A stretch of DNA of 56,787 bases, filler included, from Theionarchaea archaeon (GTDB taxonomy: Archaea > Methanobacteriota_B > Thermococci > Methanofastidiosales > SZ-28-30): NCBI GenBank assembly GCA_018992565.1. It is 3 parts of 3 records of this genome, joined end to end, with 100 filler letters (N's around TTAATTAATTAA, not from the genome) between each part and the next. Parts side by side here need not be neighbours in the genome. Positions count along the whole stretch, not along the records: positions 1 to 19,755 come from JACVGW010000054.1; 2 more parts are not named here. One strand, 5' to 3'. Below, in pieces: positions 1-10,669 of this stretch. The stretch's first letter is position 1, and every line of letters begins with the position of its first letter. Made by a program: the position numbers and the translations under genes. The notes beneath the pieces were generated by a model. That model worked only from the letters and a program-made list of their open reading frames with translations. It was not told the origin of the DNA and did no database searches.

Positions 1-1004
1 ATGCACAGGAGATCAACCACTGTATTTCTCTCTACTCCCATAAGTAGGCTTCCAGCATGGTAGACCGGTGCATCTGCAACAGGCAACGTGTCAATGTCCC
101 AGAGCACAGTTCCTGAGTCAGCGTCCAGACATGTTACCCCATTCTCCGTGGAAACAATGAGATATCCATCTCTATATTGAACATATTGATGAGAGCCATG
201 ACTCAAAGGTATTCTCCCCTTAGCAGTGTGATTCCACAGAGTTTTTCCAGTTTTGCTGTGTATGCAGGTTACTGTCCTTGAATTCGTGAAAAAGACAGAT
301 CCATCCGCCAGTATTGGGTCTCCTAGGTAGAACCCCACGTCCCTCTTCCATTTCACATGACGTGCCCCAACTCTAGCTTCTGGTGAGATTGCAGATCCAC
401 TGTGAGGGAAATAGGGGGAAAAATCCTCTTCAACATGATATTCAGGAACTATGGGAGAATAACACCCCCAGCGGGCTATCTTATCGTAATCTCGTATTCC
501 GTGATTTTTCCAGTAATCATCCAGTTCCACCAGGATCTTGAAAAGGGCAGAGGGTATCTTTCCATTGAATTGCACGAATTTCCGCCCATAGAAGTCAACG
601 TTCCAGGGTATGAAGCAGTGAAAACTTGAATGTGAACCCAGCACAATCTTCCCGGGGGTAGAAGTTATGGTGACCTCAAAATAAGGATAGAAATCGAATA
701 TAATATGGCCATCATACGAGGTTTCAAATTCTTCAACTTCATATAGGTCAGTAAGACTTGCCATCAGGTACTGGATCTGTTCTGGATTAATGTCCTCTCC
801 TGTATCAGAGTGATATTCTCCATTTTCGCGCGTTATTGTGTAGTGTTTTTCATCTGCTCCCGGGAAGTACACAACTTCATAGGATATCTCAACCTTCTCA
901 ATACAAGCAGGTTCTTCTGCGATTTTGGTTGTAGGGAAGAACAATCCCGCTTGAATCAGGATGATTACTACAACAGCTGCAGCACATACTTTGAGAATAT
1001 CCAT
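1..1004 (-). CDS. Secreted/membrane-anchored PQQ-like beta-propeller repeat protein (3'-truncated at window edge; absent from ORF track)
   Basis: Manual translation from ATG at 1004 stays open to base 1. It begins with hydrophobic MDILKVCAAAVVVIILIQAGLFF and contains the PQQ-type repeats TCIHSKTGKTLWNH and TCLDADSGTVLWD. Confidence 0.8.
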   Translation of the reverse strand, partial: MDILKVCAAAVVVIILIQAGLFFPTTKIAEEPACIEKVEISYEVVYFPGADEKHYTITRENGEYHSDTGEDINPEQIQYLMASLTDLYEVEEFETSYDGHIIFDFYPYFEVTITSTPGKIVLGSHSSFHCFIPWNVDFYGRKFVQFNGKIPSALFKILVELDDYWKNHGIRDYDKIARWGCYSPIVPEYHVEEDFSPYFPHSGSAISPEARVGARHVKWKRDVGFYLGDPILADGSVFFTNSRTVTCIHSKTGKTLWNHTAKGRIPLSHGSHQYVQYRDGYLIVSTENGVTCLDADSGTVLWDIDTLPVADAPVYHAGSLLMGVERNTVVDLLC

Positions 1005-1338
1005 ACATTAAGTATGATATCCCGATATAAAATGCCATGGATTGGGAAACAAAAATCTCTTTGTTCATTATAGCTCTATTCTCAATTATCCACCGATTTT
1101 AGAAAATTAGAAATGGAACACAGTCCCTTCAAAGTACTCGTGGTCAAGTAGTCATCAAGAATACTGGGATCTCTTGTATCGGAGACAGACTACAGCATTT
1201 GAAAATTCCAGATTTAGTCCTGTTTCGTTGTCCCATCAGTGATAACCATGCCAGGAATGGGGATTCTCCAATACTCCTCTCGGGGAATGCTGGCATAAAT
1301 GGAATGAGATCTAAAATCGCCCAGAGCATCTTCAAGAC

Positions 1339-1818
1339 TCAGAATAGGGTAAATCTATATCGGAAATTGCTGGGTTTATATCTTTTCAGAACTATGGATG
1401 TATCAGATCGGCTTATTCCTAATGGGAAGATCTTCTCCCTCATGAATCTCTCAAGCTCCTTGAGATTTCTGAAAACTCCTCTACAGGTCAGATCATGATC
1501 CCCTGTAACAAGGTACAGATTGTGTATCTCCTCATACTCTATTATCGCCTCTGCAATTTTCTCTATTTTGTCATGAGACGATGCATTGATTCCAAATTCC
1601 ACGAGGGCCTCATAGCCGATATTCTCTGGATTCACTTCTATTGTATATCGTGCTATTGTTCCTTGTTCGACCAATCTCTTCACCCTTGCTGAAATCGTGG
1701 GAGGTGACACTCCAATCAGTTCTGACAGTTCCCTTGAGGATTTTCTAGAATCTTTTGTGAGTTCTTCAAGTATCTTCCTGTCAACTTCGTCGATCTCCTG
1801 ATGTCTTGAAGCATTCAT
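1339..1818 (-). CDS. Lrp/AsnC family transcriptional regulator
   Basis: N-terminal HTH IDEVDRKILEELTKDSRKS...IGVSPPTISARVKRL; C-terminal RAM domain with VTGDHD. Confidence 0.93.
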   Translation of the reverse strand: MNASRHQEIDEVDRKILEELTKDSRKSSRELSELIGVSPPTISARVKRLVEQGTIARYTIEVNPENIGYEALVEFGINASSHDKIEKIAEAIIEYEEIHNLYLVTGDHDLTCRGVFRNLKELERFMREKIFPLGISRSDTSIVLKRYKPSNFRYRFTLF

Positions 1819-1888
1819 AAATTCTCTTCTCCATATCTCTATCTTTAAGATATCGTTTGCCTCTTATAAATCTAGCGTTTCGTTGCAG

Positions 1889-3745
1889 TCAAAAGGATTT
1901 TCCTGCCAATCCCAACCTTTGAAGAGTCTCTGCTCTTGGTACGCCATTTTCATCCCAGCCTCTGACTTCATAGTATTCCCGAAGCATAATGCCAAAATCC
2001 TCGCTGGACAGCTTCCTTCCTTTTGCAGGACCTTCAGGTAGAGGGTCAGTGTGAATTCTATCTGGCAGACTATCATCTTCCTTTCTGAGTCCCTCTCTTA
2101 TATTGTATATCCTGATGAGATTCCAGATTCTTTCTCCAGTCTTCATGAATTCCTCTCTATCATAGTCCCACCCTGTAGCTGCATTTAGCAGAGCGATATA
2201 TCTGTCCACACCTATCGTTCCTGTGGCAAAGTCACACGCTATGAGAGAGTACAAGGAGGCCGTAATGTCTTGCTGATATTTTGTAGGATATGCCTTGCCG
2301 TGAGGTGCAAACCTTTCAACGATCTTCCCGTCGGGGGTTTCAGATCCGAGATCAAAAGATATTGGCCAGGCTCTCTGATGACATCCCCCTCTATCTGCAG
2401 TAGCATATGCTAATCCCATTGAAGGTGCAGCTCTTATAGCCCATCCAGGTAATTCTAGCCCTTTCACATGCATTGCGAATTCTCTGCCGCCTATCTTTTC
2501 TGAAGCTCTTCGTGTTCCTTCTGCAAGCATATCGCCGAGTCCTTTTCGATACGCTATAGCCCTGATCATCTCAATCAAAGCTTCTTCATTGCCAAACTCT
2601 AGCTTCAGTCCATCTGTCTCTTTGTCAGTGATCAATCCTTTTTCATAGCATTCCATGGCCCATGCTATTGTACCTCCAGCAGAAAGCGTGTCCAACCCAA
2701 GTTTATCACATAGCATGTTGGCGTACGTTACTGCCTCAAGATTGTCAACACCACAATTAGCTCCCAAGAGTGCTGTTGTCTCATATTCTAATCCCTCAAC
2801 GACAGCTCCAGCGTATTTCGAATCTCCCCTGATGACTGCGAGATGTCCACAGTGTATCGGACATCCAAAGCATGCTTTTCTCTTGATCCAGATTTTTCTC
2901 TCCATTTCTTCCCCTGCCAATTTCTCTGCTCCCTCGAACGTTGATGATTGATAGTTTCGTGTTGGGTACAATGACGTATAGCTCGACCATATCACACTTC
3001 TGCCAGTTCCCCATCTCTTCATAGTATAGAGGCCTTCATCTTCTTCTATAGCTTTGTAACACTCCTTCACATATTTATCGAATGTGTCCACATCGTGTAT
3101 TTCTATGAAGCCACTTCCTTTGATCGCTATAGCTTTCAAGTTCTTTGAGCCCATGACAGCTCCCACGCCTCCTCTCGCAGCTTGCCTGTATAAATCTATG
3201 TTTACACAAGCAAACCTGACAGAATTTTCGCCTGCTGGTCCAATGGAAGCGACTCTTATTCTCCTATCGTTGTGTAAATTCTTTATGGCTTCCTCAGCGG
3301 CAAAAGAATCTTTTCCCCAGAGCGACGTTGCATCTCTTATCTGGATGTCTTCATCCTTTATATAAATGTACACAGGCGTTTCTGATTTCCCTTTGATCAT
3401 AATATAGTCATATCCTGCATGTTTCATTTCTGAAGCGAAATGCCCTCCTACGTGTGAATCATTGTATGTGTTGGTTAAAGGTGATTTTGTCACAAAACAC
3501 ATCCTTCCTGTAGCAGGGATCCTCGTCGCCGTTATAGGGCCCGTAGCAAGGATAATCACGTTTTCTGCTCCGAGAGGATCTATTCCTGGCTTCGTATTTT
3601 CCAGTAGCATCTCTGCTGCGTAGCCCTTGCCACCAATAAGAGGTCTTGCATCATCCGGACTCAGGGGAGTTATTGTTGATTTCTCATTTCCCAAATCTAT
3701 GCAGAGTTTCTTTCCAGCAAAGCCCATAATATACACCTCACTCAA
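1889..3745 (-). CDS. aor: Tungsten-containing aldehyde:ferredoxin oxidoreductase family protein
   Basis: Motifs KSPLT, RGGVGAVMGSKNLKAI, CFGCPIHC, EYET, CDKLGLD, DRGGCH and C-terminal YYEVRGWDENGVP; 618 aa. Confidence 0.93.
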   Translation of the reverse strand: MSEVYIMGFAGKKLCIDLGNEKSTITPLSPDDARPLIGGKGYAAEMLLENTKPGIDPLGAENVIILATGPITATRIPATGRMCFVTKSPLTNTYNDSHVGGHFASEMKHAGYDYIMIKGKSETPVYIYIKDEDIQIRDATSLWGKDSFAAEEAIKNLHNDRRIRVASIGPAGENSVRFACVNIDLYRQAARGGVGAVMGSKNLKAIAIKGSGFIEIHDVDTFDKYVKECYKAIEEDEGLYTMKRWGTGRSVIWSSYTSLYPTRNYQSSTFEGAEKLAGEEMERKIWIKRKACFGCPIHCGHLAVIRGDSKYAGAVVEGLEYETTALLGANCGVDNLEAVTYANMLCDKLGLDTLSAGGTIAWAMECYEKGLITDKETDGLKLEFGNEEALIEMIRAIAYRKGLGDMLAEGTRRASEKIGGREFAMHVKGLELPGWAIRAAPSMGLAYATADRGGCHQRAWPISFDLGSETPDGKIVERFAPHGKAYPTKYQQDITASLYSLIACDFATGTIGVDRYIALLNAATGWDYDREEFMKTGERIWNLIRIYNIREGLRKEDDSLPDRIHTDPLPEGPAKGRKLSSEDFGIMLREYYEVRGWDENGVPRAETLQRLGLAGKSF

Positions 3746-4217
3746 CTATTACAAGTTTCTTCTTCATGTTTTGAGCTATCTCACTAGGGTTGGCTGTGGC
3801 ATCAAATGGTGTCATTCTGTATTCCAATGCGTTCTCCGGACACCTTTTCACGCATTCTGGGTATCCGCCACACAGGTCACATTTGACTGCTTTCCCGTTC
3901 TCGGGATGGAAGAAAATTGCTCCGAGAGGGCACGCTTCCGCACAAGCTCCGCAGCCAATGCACTTCTCTGAATCTATTGAAATTGCGGCAGTTTCTTCGT
4001 CCCTGAAAAAGGCATCTGTGGGGCAAACGTCAACACAGGAAGGATTTTCGCACTGTTGGCACACTACTACAATGTCTAGCCCCGGAAAAAAGGGGAATAT
4101 TTGAATACGAGAAGCCTCTGGCCATACTTTTCCCTCTTTTATCCGAGAACAATGGATTTCGCAGATCTGACACCCATTGCACTTCATCTGATCCACAACA
4201 ATTGCTCTATGGGTCAT
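3738..4217 (-). CDS. 4Fe-4S dicluster ferredoxin-like subunit (AorA/DmsB-like)
   Basis: Four Cys clusters: CNGCQICEIHC, CQQCENPSCVDVCP, CIGCGACAEACP, KCDLC..PECVKRCP. Overlaps the aor start. Confidence 0.92.
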   Translation of the reverse strand: MTHRAIVVDQMKCNGCQICEIHCSRIKEGKVWPEASRIQIFPFFPGLDIVVVCQQCENPSCVDVCPTDAFFRDEETAAISIDSEKCIGCGACAEACPLGAIFFHPENGKAVKCDLCGGYPECVKRCPENALEYRMTPFDATANPSEIAQNMKKKLVIVE

Positions 4218-5537
4218 TCATATCCGCCCGAAGACATTATCTACAGCTTCCAGTGAAGTATCAATATCTTCTTTTGTGTGGGCTGCTGAAAGGAACCAAT
4301 TCTCCATTTCTCCCTGAGAATAGTATACTCCTTCTCTCAGAAATTCCTTCCAGGCTGTATGGTATTTCTCAGCATCATGTTTCACGGCTTCCCTGTAGTT
4401 CGTAACCTTGTTCATGTCTGTGAACCATAAGTGGAAAAATGGTCCTGGTCCTTGTGGAACAACAGAAACACCATGCTTGTCCGCGGAATCTTCTATTCCC
4501 TCCACCAATTTCTTCCCGAATGACGTCATTTGTTCATATATAGCACCATTTCCCCTTTCCAAGATATTCAGAGTTGCTGAAGCCGCAGCCATCGAGAGTG
4601 GATTTGCGTTGTATGTTCCACTGACCCATGCTCCATTTTTCAGTATTGCATCTTCCATAATGTCCTTTCTCCCTCCATATCCAGAAAGAGGAAATCCTCC
4701 TGCAACTGCCTTGGCAAAGGTAGAAAGGTCAGGTGTGATGCCAAACAGCTTTTGCGCTCCACCGAGGTTTACTCTGAACCCGGTGATGACTTCATCGAAA
4801 ATGAGTAGTACATCATTGTCCTGCGTTATTTCTCTCAGCGTTTCCAGATACCCCTCTTCAGGCATGATTGTTCCAGTATTCCCAAGGATAGGTTCTGTCA
4901 AGACTGCTGCTATTTCGTTGCCATGACTTTTTATTGTTTTCTCTACGACGCCGGGATTATTCCATGGCAGGACGATATAGTTGTCAACATAGTTCTTTGG
5001 AAGACCTGCTCCATTGGGCAGAACAGTTGGAGAATTCTCTGGTCCAGCTTCTGATAATGCGGGATGAGTGCTCACTTGGGCTTCTGTACACCCATGATAC
5101 CCTCCCTCGAACTTGATCACTTTATCTTTTCCGGTATATGCTCTAGCAATCTTGACGACGTGCGCAACGCATTCTCCGCCGCTGTTCGAGAACTTGACAG
5201 TTTCTATACAAGGAATGAGCTGTGTGATTTTTTTCGCGATTTTTGCCGACGTTTCAGATGGGGAACCAAAACAAATTCCCTTTTCAAGCTGTTTTTTTAC
5301 AGCTTCATTGACTTCCTTATTTCCATGTCCCAGGATATTTGGACCATAGGACATAAGGTAGTCTATGTATTCGTTTCCATCTGCATCATAAATTTTCGAT
5401 CCTTCGCCTCTTTCCATGAAAATCGAAAATGGCTTGAACAACCTTGCTCCACTGTGTACTCCACCTGGCGTGGTTTGTTTTGCTTTCTCGTGAAGTTCTT
5501 CTGACTTGTCGAATTTTCTTTCTTTCATTTTGGTCAC
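4218..5537 (-). CDS. Class III PLP aminotransferase, glutamate-1-semialdehyde aminomutase (HemL)-like
   Basis: Motifs SYGPNILGH, NSGGE, KFEGGYHG, FDEVITGFR, PDLSTFAKAVAGGFP (PLP Lys), SGTYNANP. SD GGAGAGGTGA before ATG. Confidence 0.9.
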   Translation of the reverse strand: MTKMKERKFDKSEELHEKAKQTTPGGVHSGARLFKPFSIFMERGEGSKIYDADGNEYIDYLMSYGPNILGHGNKEVNEAVKKQLEKGICFGSPSETSAKIAKKITQLIPCIETVKFSNSGGECVAHVVKIARAYTGKDKVIKFEGGYHGCTEAQVSTHPALSEAGPENSPTVLPNGAGLPKNYVDNYIVLPWNNPGVVEKTIKSHGNEIAAVLTEPILGNTGTIMPEEGYLETLREITQDNDVLLIFDEVITGFRVNLGGAQKLFGITPDLSTFAKAVAGGFPLSGYGGRKDIMEDAILKNGAWVSGTYNANPLSMAAASATLNILERGNGAIYEQMTSFGKKLVEGIEDSADKHGVSVVPQGPGPFFHLWFTDMNKVTNYREAVKHDAEKYHTAWKEFLREGVYYSQGEMENWFLSAAHTKEDIDTSLEAVDNVFGRI

Positions 5538-5803
5538 CTCTCCTGTCTTAATCCCATGCCTATAAAAACTTTTCTATTAGAAACATATTGCATTGATCAC
5601 TTACTCTTGAGAAAGCAATGACAACATGGTTTTAGCATTTGAAAAATCTTCCATACCCTCATAGTAGAGAACTTTCGAATTGTAAAGCTTTTTTACAGAT
5701 TTTGATAATATTGCTCTACGTCATACTTCAAGTAGCTTATCAAATGAAAAGCAAAACCGAAAAGTTTTTAAGGAGAGCAGATAATGTACTGCAGGTGTTC
5801 AGA

Positions 5804-7075
5804 ATGAAAGATGCAAAAACCTTCTATCCGGAAAGAAATTTTGGAACAAGTGGACGCATGAAAGGAATTGGATTCTATCCTCCAAGGAAGGAATTCACTG
5901 TTGCGCCATTCAATTCTTATGAGTACAAGAGAAGGATTGAAAATGCGAAGAGACTCATGGAAGAAAAAGGCATTGATGTATTGCTCATCACAGAGCCTGT
6001 TACTATAGATTATTTTACAGGATTTAGGAAACCGTTTCCATCAAAGCACAGACCACGAGGGGTTTTGATCCCGCTTGATGGGGAACCAGTGATGGTTATT
6101 GCCATGATGAGTGCGATCCTCGCTGAGAAATCAGCCCCGTGGTTGAAAGACATTCGAAAATGGGGAGGTCCACCCTACATGAACCTGCCATTCGACCCCT
6201 TAGATGTATTCATTGATATAGTACAGACAAATGGGTATTCAAAAGTCGGAATGGAATTAGGGCATCTTACGAGAATGGACATGTCCAATGTTGATTTTGA
6301 GAAAATTAAGAGCGGTATTGGCAGTGAAAAGATTGTTGATGGATCTGAAGTGATATGGGAATGTAGAAAGATCAAGTCCCGGAATGAGATAGAAAAAATG
6401 GCAAGATGTGTTCACATAATGTGTGAAGGATATCGGTTGGGATTCGAAAGCTTGGAAGTAGGAATGACAGAAAGAGATGTCGCAAGTCTGATCTGGCAAT
6501 TTTGGGTAAAACATGGTTGTTTTACGTCAGAGGTTACAGGCTCATTTCTCATTAGAGCAGGCAAATCCAGGTATTCTATGCTATCTTCGCCTCCGGTTGA
6601 CAGGAAATTTGAAAGGGGAGATGTCATCTTCTTCGACGGTGGACCGAATTATGAAGGGTATCAGGGCGATATCATAAGACTGGCTTCCATCGGAGAACCG
6701 AATGATAGACAGAAGAAAGCATTCAAGATAGCATTGGAAAAGATGGATGCCGGGCTGGAAGCAATGGTACCAGGGAATACATGGGCTGACGTTGCCTTGG
6801 CAGCTCAAGAGGCAGAGAAAAAAGCAGGTGTTGAAAGAGACTTAATTCGAAGACATGGGCATGGGATAGGCATGGATCTTCATGAACCCCCAAATATCTA
6901 TGAGAAAGATGCCACTCCCGTTGAACCCGGAAATACTGTATCATATGAACCCGCTGCATATGATTACCCAGAGTGGCAGGTTCTTGGTGGCAAAGTCGAA
7001 GAACAGATCGTGATAACCGAACATGGTCCAGAAATCCTTTCAAAAGAACTCGAAAGAGAGATGTGGATCTTGTAA
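5804..7075 (+). CDS. M24 family (Xaa-Pro peptidase/creatinase fold) metallopeptidase
   Basis: Creatinase-N domain, then metal ligands in FFDGG, YQGD, HGHGIGMDLHEPP, SYEP and VEE. Start moved to the ATG at 5804 behind GCAGGTG. Confidence 0.88.
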   Translation: MKDAKTFYPERNFGTSGRMKGIGFYPPRKEFTVAPFNSYEYKRRIENAKRLMEEKGIDVLLITEPVTIDYFTGFRKPFPSKHRPRGVLIPLDGEPVMVIAMMSAILAEKSAPWLKDIRKWGGPPYMNLPFDPLDVFIDIVQTNGYSKVGMELGHLTRMDMSNVDFEKIKSGIGSEKIVDGSEVIWECRKIKSRNEIEKMARCVHIMCEGYRLGFESLEVGMTERDVASLIWQFWVKHGCFTSEVTGSFLIRAGKSRYSMLSSPPVDRKFERGDVIFFDGGPNYEGYQGDIIRLASIGEPNDRQKKAFKIALEKMDAGLEAMVPGNTWADVALAAQEAEKKAGVERDLIRRHGHGIGMDLHEPPNIYEKDATPVEPGNTVSYEPAAYDYPEWQVLGGKVEEQIVITEHGPEILSKELEREMWIL

Positions 7076-7104
7076 ATCCCAATCACCATCGTGAGGTGTC
7101 TGTC

Positions 7105-7905
7105 ATGTTGATGCGAAAGATGACGACATATGATGTGAAAAAGGCTGTAGATGAGGGGAAATGTGTCATTGTCGGGTTTGGTTCTTTTGAGCAGCACGGA
7201 CCAGTGCTGCCATTAGACACTGATGGGTTCATAGCCGAACGCATCGCTGATGCCGTCGCTGAAGAAACTGGACAGATTGCAGCTCCGGTGATGCATATTG
7301 GCTATTCTACCGCCTGGTTCAAATATCCCGGTACAATCACATTTAAGAGTGAGACATATCTCCACGTCGTTCTGGATGTCTTGGATAGCCTGATAGAGAC
7401 GGGGTTCAGAAAAATTGTCATTATAAATTCTCATGGAACAAATCCGGAATTGATAAAGAGTGCTTTGAGAATAATCATGGACAGGTTTGAATCTCATGAG
7501 AGAAAGGTAGAATTCCTTTTCTTCAGCTATGGAACAATTTCTGACAAAGAAGCTATCAATAGAATCAGAAAATCTGAAAAAGGCGGAATGTGGCATGCAG
7601 GTGAGCTTGAGACAGCTCTGTACATGTTTCTTGATCCAGATCACGTGAAAGAGGAAGAAATTGGAGATCCGAATCTTGCGGGAGTAGACATTATGATGGA
7701 ATATCCGCCCTACACCTATGCGTCAGAATGGTTTGATCCAAAAAAGTACAAGGGATATTTTGGCGATCCATCTGCCGCAACAGCTGAAAATGGAAAGAAA
7801 TTCTTTGATATTATTGTGAAGGACATTTCAGATACTGTGAGAAAATTTTTGAATGGTGAAATCACGGTAAGGTGGGAAAGAACCTCAAAGGAGGTAGCTA
7901 AATGA
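7105..7905 (+). CDS. Creatininase family amidohydrolase
   Basis: Motifs GSFEQHGPVLPLDTD, INSHGTN, HAGELET, GYFGDPSAATAENGK. SD GAGGTG before ATG at 7105. Confidence 0.9.
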   Translation: MLMRKMTTYDVKKAVDEGKCVIVGFGSFEQHGPVLPLDTDGFIAERIADAVAEETGQIAAPVMHIGYSTAWFKYPGTITFKSETYLHVVLDVLDSLIETGFRKIVIINSHGTNPELIKSALRIIMDRFESHERKVEFLFFSYGTISDKEAINRIRKSEKGGMWHAGELETALYMFLDPDHVKEEEIGDPNLAGVDIMMEYPPYTYASEWFDPKKYKGYFGDPSAATAENGKKFFDIIVKDISDTVRKFLNGEITVRWERTSKEVAK

Positions 7906-9668
7906 AAAAGAGAAGAGAAACAACAATACAATTGCTGGCCTGCTCAGTGGCAGTCTTGATTGTCGTATCAGGATGTATTGGCCAGGAGGAAGAGAAGACT
8001 ACAGAACCCACTATAACAGCCGCACCAGAGGGTCCGGTATCGGGAGGCGCTTACATAGAAGCAATGGCAGATGATGTCCAATTTTTGGACCCGACGCGTA
8101 CAAGTACACGAGCATCCATTTATGTGACGAGGACTATCTACGACTCCCTTGTGGTGTATGGCGACGATATGTCTATTCAGCCGAGCCTGGCAGAATCATG
8201 GACCGTATCTGATGATGGATTGCAGTACGTTTTCAATTTGAGAAAAGATGCAAAGTTCCACTGTGGAGAACCATTTACTTCTGAAGCAGTCAAATACACA
8301 ATCGACAAGATTATGGACCCTGATGAGCACTCTCCTATCGCATATCTCTATCAGGAAATAGAGAATGTGGAAATCCCTGATGACTATACTGTTGTGATCA
8401 ACATGAAAGCACCGAATGCGTTGCTGCTGGAGAACATCGCTCATTATAATTTCGGTCTTATTGTATGTCCAAAATGTTCGGAGCAATACGGTGAAGACTT
8501 CGGAGTTACTGCAGCATGCGGTACAGGCCCCTTCAAGTTTGAGAGCAGGGTTCCCGGGTCCAAGCTGACAGTCGTAAGAAACGAGGAGTACACATGGGGA
8601 CCCAGTTGCCGTTCAAATACAGGTCCACCATACTTGGATTCGATAACATGGAGAATAATACCAGAAGAGGCTACACGACTTATTGAACTCGAGGCAGGAA
8701 ATATCGATCTAGCCAGAGACATTTCACCTGAAAGCTTGGCTGAGCTGGTGGAAGCAAAAGGTGTCAATCCTCTCCTCTATAAACCTCTCAACAACTGGTG
8801 GTATTGTTTCAGAATCAAGGATGGTTCAGAAAGGAGCCCATTAACTGCAGACATAAACGTCAGAAAGGCAGTAGATTACGCAATCGACAAAGAAGGCATC
8901 ATAAAATCGTTTATGCCAGGAGCGATCCTGGCGGATAGCTGGCTCCATCCAAGCGTATGGGGCTACGATGCCAAAATCAAGGACTATGTGCGCTCCTACG
9001 ATCCAGAAAAGGCCAAAGAGGTACTTGAGGAAGCAGGATGGACAGACACAAATGGAGACGGCACGAGAGACAAGGACGGAAGGGAATTGATCTTGAAATG
9101 TATGACATTGCCGACAACGACGTGGCAAAACATCTGTACAAAGACGCAGTACGACTTGAGCCAGGTTGGAATCGGAATGGATATTGAAGTCTACGATTCA
9201 GCTTCGTTCTTTTCCTTGGCTACAAAAGGAAACTGGGATATCTATCTCATGAACTATAGGTTCTCCAATGCAGATATATTGTATTACCAGTTTCACAGCT
9301 CTCAAGCACCTGCACCCAATAGGATTCCCTGGGAAGATGAAGAGACAGATCGCATACTGGCCATCACACGGAGTTCCACCGATTCTCAAGAAAGACTGGA
9401 TTCATACTTCTGGGTACAGAAAATGGCAGTTGAAAATTGCTTAACAGCAAACCTGTTCTATGAAAAGGGAATCTATGGCGTGAGCGACAACCTCCACATT
9501 CCTTCAGTTCACGATTCTGAAGAATTGGACAGCTACATTGGGATCTGGAAGGAACCGAGCACGAGCCACACAATAGTGCTATCTGCATGCCTGGCTGGCA
9601 TTTGTTTCATCTTGGGAGCAAATCTCATGGGATGTAGTGTACTCGATTTGCTTTCAAGATTCAAATAA
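7902..9668 (+). CDS. dppA: Peptide/nickel ABC transporter substrate-binding protein (family 5), lipoprotein
   Basis: Lipobox VSGC; family 5 motifs IYDSLV, PSLAESW, LRKDAKFHCG, GTGPFK, VRKAVDYAID; hydrophobic C-terminal tail. Confidence 0.92.
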   Translation: MKKRRETTIQLLACSVAVLIVVSGCIGQEEEKTTEPTITAAPEGPVSGGAYIEAMADDVQFLDPTRTSTRASIYVTRTIYDSLVVYGDDMSIQPSLAESWTVSDDGLQYVFNLRKDAKFHCGEPFTSEAVKYTIDKIMDPDEHSPIAYLYQEIENVEIPDDYTVVINMKAPNALLLENIAHYNFGLIVCPKCSEQYGEDFGVTAACGTGPFKFESRVPGSKLTVVRNEEYTWGPSCRSNTGPPYLDSITWRIIPEEATRLIELEAGNIDLARDISPESLAELVEAKGVNPLLYKPLNNWWYCFRIKDGSERSPLTADINVRKAVDYAIDKEGIIKSFMPGAILADSWLHPSVWGYDAKIKDYVRSYDPEKAKEVLEEAGWTDTNGDGTRDKDGRELILKCMTLPTTTWQNICTKTQYDLSQVGIGMDIEVYDSASFFSLATKGNWDIYLMNYRFSNADILYYQFHSSQAPAPNRIPWEDEETDRILAITRSSTDSQERLDSYFWVQKMAVENCLTANLFYEKGIYGVSDNLHIPSVHDSEELDSYIGIWKEPSTSHTIVLSACLAGICFILGANLMGCSVLDLLSRFK

Positions 9669-9708
9669 TCTTTTCTTTTTTTTGTTTTTTTAAGGAGGTG
9701 AATCAGCT

Positions 9709-10656
9709 ATGAGAATGAAAAAATACATCTTGAAGAGGTTGTTGTGGATTGTTCCGCTGATCTTTCTAGTCCAGACTTTGCTTTTTCTCCTGTTAACAGT
9801 AATTCCAGGAGATATTGCAGTTCTCATTGCAACACCGAATGCACCGCCGGAGACCATAGAAGCATTACGTGAAGAACTGGGATTAGAAAGACCTTTGATT
9901 GTACAGTATATTGATTATGTTACTTCAGTTTTCAGAGGAGACTTAGGAAAATCTTTTATTTTCAGATTACCAGTATCTGAAATACTTGTAGGGAGATTAA
10001 TCAATTCGCTTGAATTGGTGACTGTAGGTATGATGATTGCGGTAGTAGCCGGAATCCCTTTAGGTGTTATTGCTGCTATCAAGAGGGATTCTCTTTACGA
10101 TAGGTTCATTTGTACAGGTGTTCTTTTTGGTATCTCTGTGCCTCTGTTTTTCATTGAACTCATGACGATATTGATATTCGGATTGTATCTGGGATGGTTT
10201 CCAGTTTCGCAGCGTGGAGGCCCAATTTGGACTGTGGAAGGATTGCGGCATATTATTCTACCTGCATTGTGTCTGGCAAGTATCTGTCTAGCCATGATAG
10301 TACGGCTGACGAGGTCGAGTATGCTCGATGTGTTGTCAGAGGATTACATACTCACTGCTCGATCAAAAGGATTGAAGGAAAGAGTTGTCATAGTAACACA
10401 TGCTTTGAAGAACGCCTTGATCCCCGTTGTAACGGTGATTGGACTACAATATGGATTTCTCTTTGGAAATACTGTCGTGACGGAAGTGATTTTTGATTGG
10501 CCTGGAATAGGAAGGCTAACATATGAATCCATAATCATGAGAGATTTTCCATTGATTAGAGGAGCAGTGCTTTGCATTGCTTTGGTTTTCATAGTCATTA
10601 ACTTACTGGTGGATTTAATCTACTTGAGACTGGATCCCCGAATAGAGTACGATTGA
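9709..10656 (+). CDS. dppB: Peptide ABC transporter permease
   Basis: Motifs YILKRL, GDLGKS, EDYILTARSKGL (EAA loop), HALKNA, LDPRI. Confidence 0.93.
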   Translation: MRMKKYILKRLLWIVPLIFLVQTLLFLLLTVIPGDIAVLIATPNAPPETIEALREELGLERPLIVQYIDYVTSVFRGDLGKSFIFRLPVSEILVGRLINSLELVTVGMMIAVVAGIPLGVIAAIKRDSLYDRFICTGVLFGISVPLFFIELMTILIFGLYLGWFPVSQRGGPIWTVEGLRHIILPALCLASICLAMIVRLTRSSMLDVLSEDYILTARSKGLKERVVIVTHALKNALIPVVTVIGLQYGFLFGNTVVTEVIFDWPGIGRLTYESIIMRDFPLIRGAVLCIALVFIVINLLVDLIYLRLDPRIEYD

Positions 10657-10669
10657 TATGTGAGGTGAA

